A stretch of 59,491 nucleotides of DNA, counting the filler, from Dimargaris cristalligena (lineage: Eukaryota), in the NCBI GenBank assembly GCA_003614675.1. It is 6 parts of 6 records of this genome, joined end to end, with 100 filler letters (N's around TTAATTAATTAA, not from the genome) between each part and the next. Parts side by side here need not be neighbours in the genome. Positions count along the whole stretch, not along the records: positions 29,908 to 39,749 come from ML003225.1; positions 39,850 to 49,680 come from ML003226.1; 4 more parts are not named here. One strand, given 5' to 3'. The translations under genes were made by a program, and so were the position numbers. The notes below the pieces were generated by a model, which saw nothing but the letters and a program-made list of their open reading frames with translations, was not told the DNA's origin and did not search any database. This document shows positions 32,720 to 43,528 of the stretch, one piece after another. Within the stretch, counting starts at the first letter, position 1. Each line of letters opens with the position of its first letter.

Positions 32720-35587
32720 ATGCGTCCGGTGGTTCTCACCCTCGGGACGCACTCGTCGTTCTGGGGCCGGCCATTAACAAGCGGCTCCTTTCGAGGCTGC
32801 CTTCGCCCCCGGACTACCACCGCCTCCCGATTCGTTTCTTATAAATACTTAGACCAACGCTTACGCTTTTGGGAGGCCGAGCGCCGCCGTCAGAACGCTT
32901 TGGAAATCCCAGCCGATTCACCCCACATCGAGATTACCTGTCAGCCTTGGGGGATAGTCCAGTCCGGTAAAGCCGGTGTCACCACCCCCCAACACCTAAC
33001 TAGCTCCCTGCCTAAATCGGTGAGTCGACGGGCTTTGGTGGCCCGTAAGGACGGTGATCAACTATGGGATATGAATCGCCCTCTACCCGAATCCACGCAA
33101 CTCGAGTATTTTGCTTGGAGCGGCCAAATGTCCCCTGATAACGTCCCCTCGGCATCGTTGGAACCGGCAAAGGAAGCAGGCATGTCCAATCAACCGAATG
33201 CGGATGTCGGACAAGGTGTATTTTGGCATACATCGGCCCATCTACTCGGGGCGACGGTGGAGCTTCTCTACGGGGACCGGGCCCTCTTATGCAACGGCCC
33301 CGCCCTCCCGGGTAAAGGGTTTTACTACGATTTTTTATTGCTTAAATCCGCCCAAGTTCTTTCCGCCGTAGCCCCCAATTATCTGACCACTGCCGCTGCT
33401 GATCCCAAATTGTCCCTGAACCCGACCCCTGCGGATATTCAAACCCGCACCAACCATCTCTTTAGCGAGCCCAATAATTACCATTTTTTAGACCAGCCTG
33501 ACCGGGATCAACTGGAGACTACCCTTCGCAACATGTTGGCTACCCCAATGTCCATCGAACGCATGGTAGTGTCCCGCGCCCTCGCCTTCCAAATCTTCGC
33601 ATATAATCCATTCAAATGCCACTATATTACCCGCATCCCGGACGACCACTCCGTTTCATTATACAAATGCGGCTCGTTCATTGATCTATGCCAAGGCCCA
33701 CACCTGAAATCCACGGACCCAATCCGATTGATTCAGGTTACTAAAATGACCGGCGCTCATTGGATGCCTGCTCGCCCATCCCCTCCTCCTTCTGGTCTGG
33801 ACCCGGTCGATTCCCCAACCCCTGTGGATATTCCCACCAACATCCCGTTTCTCAACCGGGTCTATGGGATTTCCTTTCCCAACGCGGAGCAGCACGATAA
33901 ATGGCAGCATAGCCAGGAGCTGGCCCTGCAGCGGGACCACCGCGCCATTGGCAAAGCCCAGCACCTGTTTTCGTTTGATACAAAGCTCAGTCCCGGATCC
34001 GTATTCTTGCTACCCCACGGGACTCGGATTGCTCAACGGATTTTCACCATGCTGCGGGCCCATTACCGCCAGTTCGGGTTCGATGAGGTCATGACCCCTC
34101 TGATATACAAGAAAGAGCTCTGGGAAACGTCAGGCCACTGGCAGAACTATGCGGATGACATGTTTATTGTGACCGACCGGAAACAACTCCGACAATTGTC
34201 CACGCAGGCCGAACCGGAAGTGGCAGCCCCCAAAACTGACCTAGATAAAACAAATGATCACACAGTTCAGGGCGAGCTTAATTTACTTGACCCGACCTAC
34301 CGGCCGTCCTGTTGTGGCGATGAGGCTCATGCCCCCGCAGATCCGGACATTTTTGGCTTGAAACCCATGAATTGCCCCGGGCATTGCTTAATATTTGCTG
34401 AGCGGCCACGATCTCACAACGAATTGCCATTGCGACTGGCCGATTTTAGCCCTCTACACCGGTAAGTACACCAATGCCATGTTATTTTTTGAGATGTCGC
34501 CGGTACTTGGATATAAGTCAATTACAGATCTTTCGTAATTTTAAATTACAAGAGATTACATACTGAACTGCCAGAATTTGTACTAATACCTGTATGTATA
34601 TACACACTTACATATATATATATATATATTTACCCAACCAGCAATGAAGCGAGTGGTGCGCTGGCTGGCCTGACCCGGGTTCGCAAATTTCACCAAGATG
34701 ATGGCCATATCTTTTGCACCCCCGAGCAAGTCTTTGCCGAAATTTCCCAATGCCTTTCTTTTATGGACCGCATCTATGGCCTGTTTCGATTCCAGGACTA
34801 CGAGCTAACTCTTTCCACCCGGCCCGAGTCCAACTATATGGGGTCGATTGAAGACTGGAGTCGGGCCGAGGCTGCCCTAACGGAGGCTCTGAACAAGACC
34901 GGTCGCCCCTGGACCCTTAAACCTGGCGACGGGGCCTTCTACGGACCCAAAATTGATATTATGGTCCGGGATGCCCTGGATCGAACCCATCAAACGGCCA
35001 CCATCCAACTGGATTTCCAGCTGCCCCAGCGGTTCCAACTTCGCTATATGGGGGCTGACGGTGCCCTCCACAGCCCCGTCATTATCCACCGGGCTATCCT
35101 AGGATCTCTGGAGCGCATGCTGGCCATCCTCATCGAACACTACGCCGGAAAATGGCCCTTCTGGCTCAGTCCCCGCCAGGCCAAAATCGTGCCGGTGAAC
35201 CACACCAAATTTTTTGCCTACGCCCATCAGGTCCAGCGTTGGCTAGCCCACCCAGCCCAATACTACCGGGAACAATGGGAGCAGCAGAGCCGGAACGAAG
35301 AGGGCCTTACGAATGAATCTAGTTCGGCGGCCAAGCGGGCGGCGCCGTGGGACACCCTGGCCGAGGACTTTTACTTTGTGGATTTGGATTCCTCTAAAGT
35401 CCATTCCATGGGCAAAACTATTCGGGAGGCTCAGCTGGCGCAATATAATTTTATCCTGGTAGTGGGCGAAAAGGAGGTTGATACACAAACTGTGAATGTT
35501 CGTACGCGGTCGGGTGAGATGCTGGGTACTTTGACCATTCCCGAAGTTATTCAACTATTCCGTACTGCCCAGGCCCAATTCGGATAG
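32720..35587 (+). CDS. MST1: Mitochondrial threonyl-tRNA synthetase with N-terminal TGS-like and editing domains; exons 32720-34461 and 34642-35587
   Basis: Arg/Ser-rich presequence; [93 protein letters not shown] across a GTAAGT...CAG intron; [21 protein letters not shown]. Confidence 0.93.
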
Positions 35588-38500
35588 TTTGGGGACCCCC
35601 AAGTGGGATCGCCTTGCTTTGATTTTGGCCCCCAAATACATCGAACTGTTCTTAGCATGTTGCTTCAGCCCCAACTATATGGATTCCGACCGTACTTGGT
35701 GTATGTAAAAAAACTGTTTCTTTTGGGAACCCGAAGCAAACGCCGTATAGTTACTGGTATGCATCGAGGTAGCGGCCTATTTTGAAATTTGCACCAGGAT
35801 AAGCTAAGTGGCATGCGTCTATATTGCCCCAGTCAAAGAGAAGAAAATAAAGGCACAGTAGTTATTTAAGTGGTTGCGAATGAACCAATGGCCTAAGGAG
35901 CTCCGATATATTATAGTATCCCCACACCAGGAAATGTAGTCTACAGTGAAGGAGATTGCTAGAAATCGGCGGTAGCCGGGGTTGAAATTATCGGAATTTA
36001 AAAAAAAACAGCATAGTCAAACTGATGATTGGGGTATATCATAGTATCAAATAACCTCGCAAAAGTATGTATAATAGTAGTGTTCTACTCCGTAGGCGAG
36101 CAAGGCGGGAGTTGAACCAGGTACCTATCTATTAGTTGTTAAACAGCGCCCCACAAATATTGTAATAAGAAATGCCAAGCAATAGTTGCGATATAGTCAT
36201 TAGGAAATTGGTATACTGTGGTTATTATATATATTGGCTAAGCTGAGAAACAGATGCAGACAATTCCAAGGGTCACGGGCAACGAGGCGAACACTGGAGG
36301 GTGTTTCAGGATTCTAGTGGGGTAGAACAAAGATATCGGCCTAATAGCCCACCTACTACTAGGATATGGCAGACAGTGCGATAAAAGGTCGATACTAATA
36401 GCTTAATATAGTGACGGGAGGATAAGATAATTATAGAAAAGTAAGGAAGCAGTTGTTTGCTGGTAAAAATACAACAGGACTAAACATAAATGATAGAAGG
36501 ACATCTGGTTCTACCATATGCATTAGTGGGTTGTGGATTACTGTAACTAATGTGAAGAGGCTGAGTAAATGTGGTTCGCGACCACGAACTAAGTGCCGAA
36601 AAATCGCTATGGTTTCATACGTGCGGAAATTCTGGGAGATTGCACTGGGAATATAGTAAATTGGCGTTGGAATATGAGTGCGGAATCGGCTGTATCGTCG
36701 TAATGAATATTTTAATGGAGGTCCGTTATAGTATTCATACAAAAAATAGGCCTGAACCTTTTAAATATGGCTAAGCATAGCGAATATGTCTAAGCTTGTT
36801 TCAAAGCAATATATGACTCTGCATTAGCATTTTGGGCTGCAAGGATGCTACCGACCACATGTCTGTGCTTTATGCTTAATAGTCATGTATTAAATATACA
36901 GTGAAAACAGGGTTAAATTTCAAGTGAAGTGGGTGGTTTCGAACAATAAATGGATAACTTGACAAACCCGAAGAACTCCAAGATGTTGAATTGGAGCAAA
37001 GGAAACTTGAATAGTCGAGTTGAACGAGGAGTCAGGGAAATGTGCCGGATGGGGTTCACCCTATGGGCGAAATGGTTAAGTAATATAATGAGCAGAGCTA
37101 CCTGTTCACACCCTGTGCTAATCGAAAATAGGATTCGCCAAACTAACAGGGTAACCCAACTTTAGACTGCTATTTTCCATCGTCGAAAATCGGATTAAAT
37201 GATGGTGGTCCGTTGTTTCTGTTTTTGTGACCATCACCTCTTGCTAAACCGTCAAAAGTAGCCTCTTGTCATACTGCAACCATGGGGAGAAATCGACCCT
37301 ATTAGCGACGTCGAGATCACCTGATTCTCCCAGCATAATTGCAACGTCCAAAGGACGAGGAACGGTTATCGGCCTTATTATTACATTGATTTGCCCAAGG
37401 TATAAAATAGATATTGATTTACATCACCCGGCAAACCTTATGTCTTATTAAAATACTATTTTAAACCTTATATCTAAATTCTACATACCTAAATCATCCT
37501 CCCACTCGAAACCCTACACGGTTGTCATGGCAGGTCCTAGTCCTACTCGACCTGATCGTAACAATACTGAATGATGGCCCCCCTCTCTCTAAACCCGCCC
37601 AATCCTCCATTGATTCGCCCTTTCCCTATAGCCCACACTACACAGCTTATACAGTCATTTTCCCTCCGACCGCAAGTCCCCCTCATACGAAGCCAAAATG
37701 ATGGTCGAAAACTTGGCATTGATTTCAATTTTGGGCAATCTTATTATAAAGAGGTATTATAAAGTAGGCGGCAATCATTAGGATGCAAGACAAAGAGAAT
37801 AAAGACCTCTATTATATTGCAACCGAGGGAGATCGCCATCACCCACCGGCAGGAGGCCGATCCTCCCCACAGTACCCCTCACCCGAGTGAGGAATAACCA
37901 CTGGATGAGGACATGGACTACCCGCTGGAAGAGGGCGCCTCTACCCCAACAGCACTAGAACAACACCTCATCTCGGAGGGATAAAACAGACTGTCTGGAG
38001 CGGCCGACTATTTACACTTTGTCTTCGAAATAAATACTTATACATTGATTATATATCTTCAACTATTGCCCTACTCGGCGCGCTACTATTTTCCTGTTCT
38101 CCTCGGCCTAATCTGGTTACAATCTGAAGGATTAGCAAAGGGCTATGGATGCCCGTTTAAAAGTCATCGGGGTGCAATTAGTAGCGGCCAGCGAGAGTTT
38201 ATAGTTGAGCCTAGTCACAGACGTAACAGGGCGCATGATCCTCGGCTGACTCCCTCCAACATGCCAAGGCGGTATTTAATTTAGTTTAATTTTAGCACAG
38301 CTCATTATTGATTGCCAATCGGGCGGACCAATAATCATGCAGTCCGAAAGATTTCCGCGAAGATGTCTTTGTTCATCCGCCCCCAGCGGCTCCGTAGTAC
38401 CGAAACTACCCTGCCTTGACCAATCTCACCGAGGTGGGCGAAATATAGGCGACTCAAATTCACCAAACCATGATGTACCACTCTGTGTTTTCCGATACTG

Positions 38501-38676
38501 CGCAAGTGGAGTATGTTAGTAGTTTGAAAACTATCGCGCTCGCCCGGGGCAGTCTGGGGCACCGCCATTGAAAGTAGGCTGGTCAACCTGAGGAATGCTC
38601 ACTTGACTTATTCCAAAGTATTCGCCGCATCTCCTCTCGGCTAAATTAAACCAGCATTCTCCCTAAAACTTTACAA

Positions 38677-38703
38677 TATAAATAAATGCTCGACTGGCCT
38701 CTT
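38677..38703 (+). promoter_or_regulatory. TATA box plus downstream GCCTCTT element
   Basis: TATAAATA-AATGCTCGACTG-GCCTCTT; 173 bp upstream of ATG 38850. Confidence 0.5.
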
Positions 38704-38849
38704 AACGTACCCATCATATACTCCATCATTTCATCTTCACTATCCTGTCATTCACATTGCACCACTACAATCCCTCGGCACTGGCCATATTTCACTCACC
38801 ATCTCTAGCTGATTATTCCACCCACGCTTACATCTCTGCCTTTCTCACC

Positions 38850-39398
38850 ATGAAATTCACCAACACTGTGTTTACTCTGGCTACCATCTCCGTCTACGCC
38901 CAAGCCATCGCATCCAGCATCCCCACTACTGCCATCGTCTCCCCCATCGGCCCATTTACCCGCCGTTCGACCCTATCTTATGACACCAATCATCAACTAG
39001 TCCGCCGAGCCCAGCAGGGTGGAGCCACCACCGCCAAAAATCCCGGCGGCAAATCTTTCCAACAATCGAGTAAAGCCAATCAAGATGCCTTCAAGGTATC
39101 TCTTGGAAGCAAACTGCTGGCTGGTCAAAAAAGTCGGCAAAATCAAGCATCTGCCGCGAAACCAGCAGTTACCGAAAAGAAAACCCCGGCACCGTCGAAG
39201 ATTCCCGTCCCCGTCAAGAAGTCCGCAGCCCCTTCGACTACCCCCCCTCCCCCTTCCGCGAAGCAACCGGTAAATAGGTCTACCGCCGCAGGGATGGGTA
39301 GTAAGCCAACCGAGCCCAAGCCCAAGCCCAAGCCCAACACCGGCACCAAACCCTTATTTGTCAATGCCGGATATCCTGGAACGGCAAACAAGGTCTGA
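38850..39398 (+). CDS. Small secreted Lys/Pro-rich orphan protein (182 aa from MKFTN)
   Basis: Signal peptide MKFTNTVFTLATISVYAQA, dibasic sites FTRR and HQLVRR, basic low-complexity mature region, upstream TATA. Confidence 0.8.
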   Translation: MKFTNTVFTLATISVYAQAIASSIPTTAIVSPIGPFTRRSTLSYDTNHQLVRRAQQGGATTAKNPGGKSFQQSSKANQDAFKVSLGSKLLAGQKSRQNQASAAKPAVTEKKTPAPSKIPVPVKKSAAPSTTPPPPSAKQPVNRSTAAGMGSKPTEPKPKPKPNTGTKPLFVNAGYPGTANKV

Positions 39399-39749
39399 TA
39401 GTTGAGCCATCCTCCTCACTAAAAGGCGTTGCCCAGGCGAAATACCGGGACTAGCTCCACACCTCTATGTGTTGAACCACATTACCTTCCAATTGAATTA
39501 TTCCTGTAGCCTGACTTTACTATTTCGACAAATAGGCTGAGTTGTATGTCAACCCATTCATCTACAAATCATTATAAATAAACTACAACTGTTTTCATAA
39601 ACCTAGTGATAGTGCAGTTAGCCTACTGTCTTTCTAGAGCTGTAAAACGGAAACTCGATTAGTGGCCAAGTCACACACACACATATATATATATATATGG
39701 GTGAAATTCAAGCCAGCTATATATAGTTTTACATGATTTGTGTATGGGA

Positions 39750-39849
39750 NNNNNNNNNNNNNNNNNNNNNNNNNNNNNNNNNNNNNNNNNNNNTTAATTA
39801 ATTAANNNNNNNNNNNNNNNNNNNNNNNNNNNNNNNNNNNNNNNNNNNN
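39750..39849. other. Artificial contig linker
   Basis: 44 N + TTAATTAATTAA + 44 N. Confidence 0.98.
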
Positions 39850-39913
39850 TAGAGGAAGGTCCTGAGGAAAAGATACCACTAAATTAAGGTATGGATAAAT
39901 AGGGTCTTTTAGT

Positions 39914-41932
39914 ATGGGGCTTCACACTGCATCGAATTACCACAACGGAGGTGAAGAGTCCGATTTTTTCGATTCCAATGACGAAGACGCCTTCGACGGG
40001 TACATGGAAGATGTCCAGTCGTCCCCACCCCCGGCCACCTCCACCTCCCACACCACTAGCCAGCCCCCCCGGGAAGATCACTCCACCTCCCAGGGCAAGC
40101 CGGAGACCAGCCAGGGAGCTATTCAGTACGACGATTACGCATACAGTGATGACGACCAATTAGACGACGAGGACGAAGACGACGACCTCGTGGGGGACGA
40201 CGAAATGGAGAACCCCGGTCTCTTCACTGCCATCCACCGACCCGGCGACAAATCCCCTTCCCAAGTGGATTTCGTTGTCCGCACCCCCGCCGACCTCGTC
40301 CGCATTCAACGGCAAGAGGCCGCGGAGATTTGCAATGTCTTTGGCATGTCCATGGCCCACGCCACCATGATGCTACGCACCATGCGCTGGAACCGGGAGA
40401 AACTGATTGAGCGCTACATTGATGATGCCGAGCGGGTCCTGCGGGACGCGGGCATTGCGGATATCGAAACCGATGCGGCCCGTCCGGTGCGCCCGGAAAT
40501 CCTAAAGTATTTCGCCGCTCGCCAGGGCACATGGCCCGTCCCTAGCCCTTCGCCAACCACCCCCTCGCCCCCAGGAACTTCCCACGCTGCTGGTAAATCA
40601 CTCACCCCTACCTCCTTACGACCACCCGCGATGACGGCTACTGCTACTGCTACCACCACCACTACTACTTTTGCTGCTGCCGCCGCCGGGGGACGGGACG
40701 GTGAAGGGGTCCAGTTCATCCCCTACGAGGCCCTGTCTCTCGAAGCCAAGGCGAAGCGCGCCAAGACGGTGCTCCCGTTACGGCATCAGCTTTGCGAAAT
40801 CTGTTTTAGTAACGAACCGAACGTGCCCATGTACGCACTTGCCTGTGACCACGCCTTCTGTGTGGAATGCTACAACGAATACCTGTCGCATAAGATCCAG
40901 GATGAAGGCCTATCGGCCCGGATACAGTGCCCCGGCACGCGCTGCCCGAACGTGGTGGACGAACCGTCCGTGGAGATGTTAGCCCACCCGGTGGACTATG
41001 TCAAATTCCAGCGCCTCCTGCTCCGCTCGTTCGTGGACGAGAACCAGGTGATGAAGTGGTGCCCCGCCCCGGGCTGCGAATACGCCGTCGAATGCCACAC
41101 CCCGCAATCGGCCCTGGACTCCACGGTGCCCACGGTGAAGTGCCGCTGCGGCCACGAGTTCTGTTTCGGCTGCGGCTACGCCAACCATCAGCCCTGCATC
41201 TGTAACCTCACGCAACTGTGGCTCAGGAAGTGCATGGACGACTCCGAAACGTCCACCTGGATTTCGGTCAATACCAAAGAATGCAGCCGGTGTCGGTCGA
41301 TTATCGAAAAGAACGGCGGCTGTAACCACATGACCTGCCGGAAATGTTCCTACGAATTCTGTTGGGTCTGTATGGGCCCCTGGGCCGAGCATGGCCGCAC
41401 GTGGTACCACTGCAACCGGTACGGCGAACAAAGTAGCCAGGCCGCCCGTGATTCCCAGGAAAAATCCCGGTCGTCGCTTAAACGGTACCTCCACTACTAT
41501 AACCGTTACGCCAACCACGAACAAAGTGCCCGACTTGACCACCAACTGTACCTCAAAACCGAGAAACGGATGGAAAGCATGCAGCAGAAATCGGATCTCT
41601 CGTGGATTGAAGTCCAGTTCCTCCGGGATGCCGTGGACACCTTGGTCGAATGCCGCATGACCCTCAAATGGACCTACGCCCTCGCGTTTTATTTGGAACC
41701 GGGTAACTTGACCACCCTGTTCGAAGATAACCAGTGCGATTTGGAAATGGCCACCGAACAACTGAGTGGCCTGCTCGAACGGCCTTTGGAACGTAAATCC
41801 ATCCCCGCGCTGCGTCAGCAAATCCTCGATAAAACGGCCTATGTCGCATCGCGGCGCCAGATCTTGCTCGATGATACGGCGGAGGGGTTGGCGGATGGCC
41901 GTTGGCGGTTTAACATGTCCCTCATCAACTAG
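39914..41932 (+). CDS. ARI1: Ariadne-family RBR E3 ubiquitin ligase (ARIH1/Hel1-like), 672 aa
   Basis: Acidic N-terminus; RING1 CEIC...CDHAFCVEC...CPGTRC; IBR KWCPAPGC...CRCGHEFCFGC...HQPCIC; RING2 NTKECSRCRSIIEKNGGCNHMTCRKCSYEFCWVC; Ariadne domain LKRYLHYYNRYANHEQS. Confidence 0.95.
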   Translation: MGLHTASNYHNGGEESDFFDSNDEDAFDGYMEDVQSSPPPATSTSHTTSQPPREDHSTSQGKPETSQGAIQYDDYAYSDDDQLDDEDEDDDLVGDDEMENPGLFTAIHRPGDKSPSQVDFVVRTPADLVRIQRQEAAEICNVFGMSMAHATMMLRTMRWNREKLIERYIDDAERVLRDAGIADIETDAARPVRPEILKYFAARQGTWPVPSPSPTTPSPPGTSHAAGKSLTPTSLRPPAMTATATATTTTTTFAAAAAGGRDGEGVQFIPYEALSLEAKAKRAKTVLPLRHQLCEICFSNEPNVPMYALACDHAFCVECYNEYLSHKIQDEGLSARIQCPGTRCPNVVDEPSVEMLAHPVDYVKFQRLLLRSFVDENQVMKWCPAPGCEYAVECHTPQSALDSTVPTVKCRCGHEFCFGCGYANHQPCICNLTQLWLRKCMDDSETSTWISVNTKECSRCRSIIEKNGGCNHMTCRKCSYEFCWVCMGPWAEHGRTWYHCNRYGEQSSQAARDSQEKSRSSLKRYLHYYNRYANHEQSARLDHQLYLKTEKRMESMQQKSDLSWIEVQFLRDAVDTLVECRMTLKWTYALAFYLEPGNLTTLFEDNQCDLEMATEQLSGLLERPLERKSIPALRQQILDKTAYVASRRQILLDDTAEGLADGRWRFNMSLIN

Positions 41933-42517
41933 AATCGGATGTATAATTGCCATGCTTACCATTTTCGTATTTCCAATTCTATTATCATTATTTCGCTCGG
42001 GGTGGTAGTAGTATTGGGGACGTCGGTTTCGTTCACTGATTCATATGGGGGGGGGGATGCACGGGTGATAGAGGGATAGGGAGATGGGAGTAAAGCGGCA
42101 GTGCTATCTAGGAATGACGGGAGAGGAGGGGTGAAAGGTTACAGGGGTAGTAGAAGGAATGATAAAATACAATATTAAACGGAGAATGGAGAGAGAGGGT
42201 CGAGGTAGAGCTACTGTAGACTAACGCGATATGGGGGAAGAATGAGACAATAGTGTGAGATAATAAAGGTATTGAATGAGAAACGGCCTGGGCAATAAGA
42301 AGAGTATATAATGAGGCAGGAAGAGCAACGCAAGGGCGTGAAAGGGCCAAGTATATAAATGTACGTGTATTTGCGCAGCACAGGATAATGAAAGAAAGGC
42401 CCACCTAGCAAGCAGGGTGAGTAATCTATATATATTGGGTGTGGCAGATACTATGAGGGGTATTTTCCTCTGCCCCCCTCCCCGTTCTTCGACACTTACT
42501 CGGCTCCATGCCGCATA

Positions 42518-43024
42518 GTGACTCGGTGGCTTAATTGGGTTATACCGCAATCCCCCCCCCCTGCTGCCTATGGAGCCGGTTCAAAATCTCGAAAGAAGGA
42601 CACGCAAAAGAGAAAAACTCCGTTCAAGCGACTTCATCTCCCGTCCAAAGGTGGAGTGAAACATCTCCTCCGCCTTGGAGAATATTCACCTATTCCCGAT
42701 GGCAACATACCATCATTAATCAGTCATACACATAGTATACCCCCGCGTTCAACCAACTATTCAACGGGCCGTATTTACTATAACCGCCATGCAAAAGATG
42801 GTGCTGTGAATGGCCCGCTGACTTCCATGGCCCAGTTGCCCGACAAACCTCGGACCCCTTTCCAAAAACCAAGCGGGCGATCCCCCAGTGATTCGGAAAG
42901 TAAATCCAGGGGTGGTCCCTCTTCGAACTTCATGCTACAAAATACTTCATGGCATTCTATCCAATATGGGGCATATGAGGCCCCCCGTCGTTTAGCCTTT
43001 AATCAATCCCGAATGAATTATTAG
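42518..43024 (+). CDS. Possible hypothetical Ser/Pro/Lys-rich ORF
   Basis: 168-codon open frame with protein-like low-complexity composition, but no ATG at its start and no in-frame upstream exon found. Confidence 0.2.
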   Translation: MTRWLNWVIPQSPPPAAYGAGSKSRKKDTQKRKTPFKRLHLPSKGGVKHLLRLGEYSPIPDGNIPSLISHTHSIPPRSTNYSTGRIYYNRHAKDGAVNGPLTSMAQLPDKPRTPFQKPSGRSPSDSESKSRGGPSSNFMLQNTSWHSIQYGAYEAPRRLAFNQSRMNY

Positions 43025-43528
43025 TTGGACGGAGTGCAAAAGGCGACCTTGCAAATACTCGGGCAAAGGCCCCGATTGCACATCAATTAACATCAACCGA
43101 TAGCAGAAAACCCGAAATCATCCCGTTAAGAAATTGAAGATATGGGGAATATGCAATGACATGGTTAAGGATAGTAAATAAGTAACAGATGTGAATAAAT
43201 AAGAATAATTTAATAGTAAGCAATAAAGCCCGGCCAACGCGACAAATCCATGGACTTATAGTATAACTGGGTCCCGGCCCGATCTTGCATTAAAAACAAA
43301 CAATCATAAAAGGCCTAGGTTCGCCGCCTACAACGGCCAAGTTAACCTAAACCAAGACAGCCCGAGTATAAAAGAACACGCGCATTCGCTGCACAACCAT
43401 GATGGCCAGTGAAATATAAGCCAAGCCGTAGCCCGTATAGATCCGAAAGAGGGAGCGGTATAGAGGTGGGTGGGGGGTACACCACCATCCTGATATATAC
43501 CTTCGTTCCTCTACTACTATGTCCCTCA

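Noticed and set aside
36095-36155. tRNA-like B-box on the minus strand (GGTTCAACTCC); similar GGTTCGAATC at ~26843-26852
   Set aside because: No cloverleaf, acceptor stem or A-box could be folded.
40979-41962. 327-aa antisense ORF over ARI1, and similar shadow ORFs over the nucleotidases, OYE, EXO1 and glycogenin
   Set aside because: Expected from GC3-rich codon usage on the opposite strand; no independent motifs.
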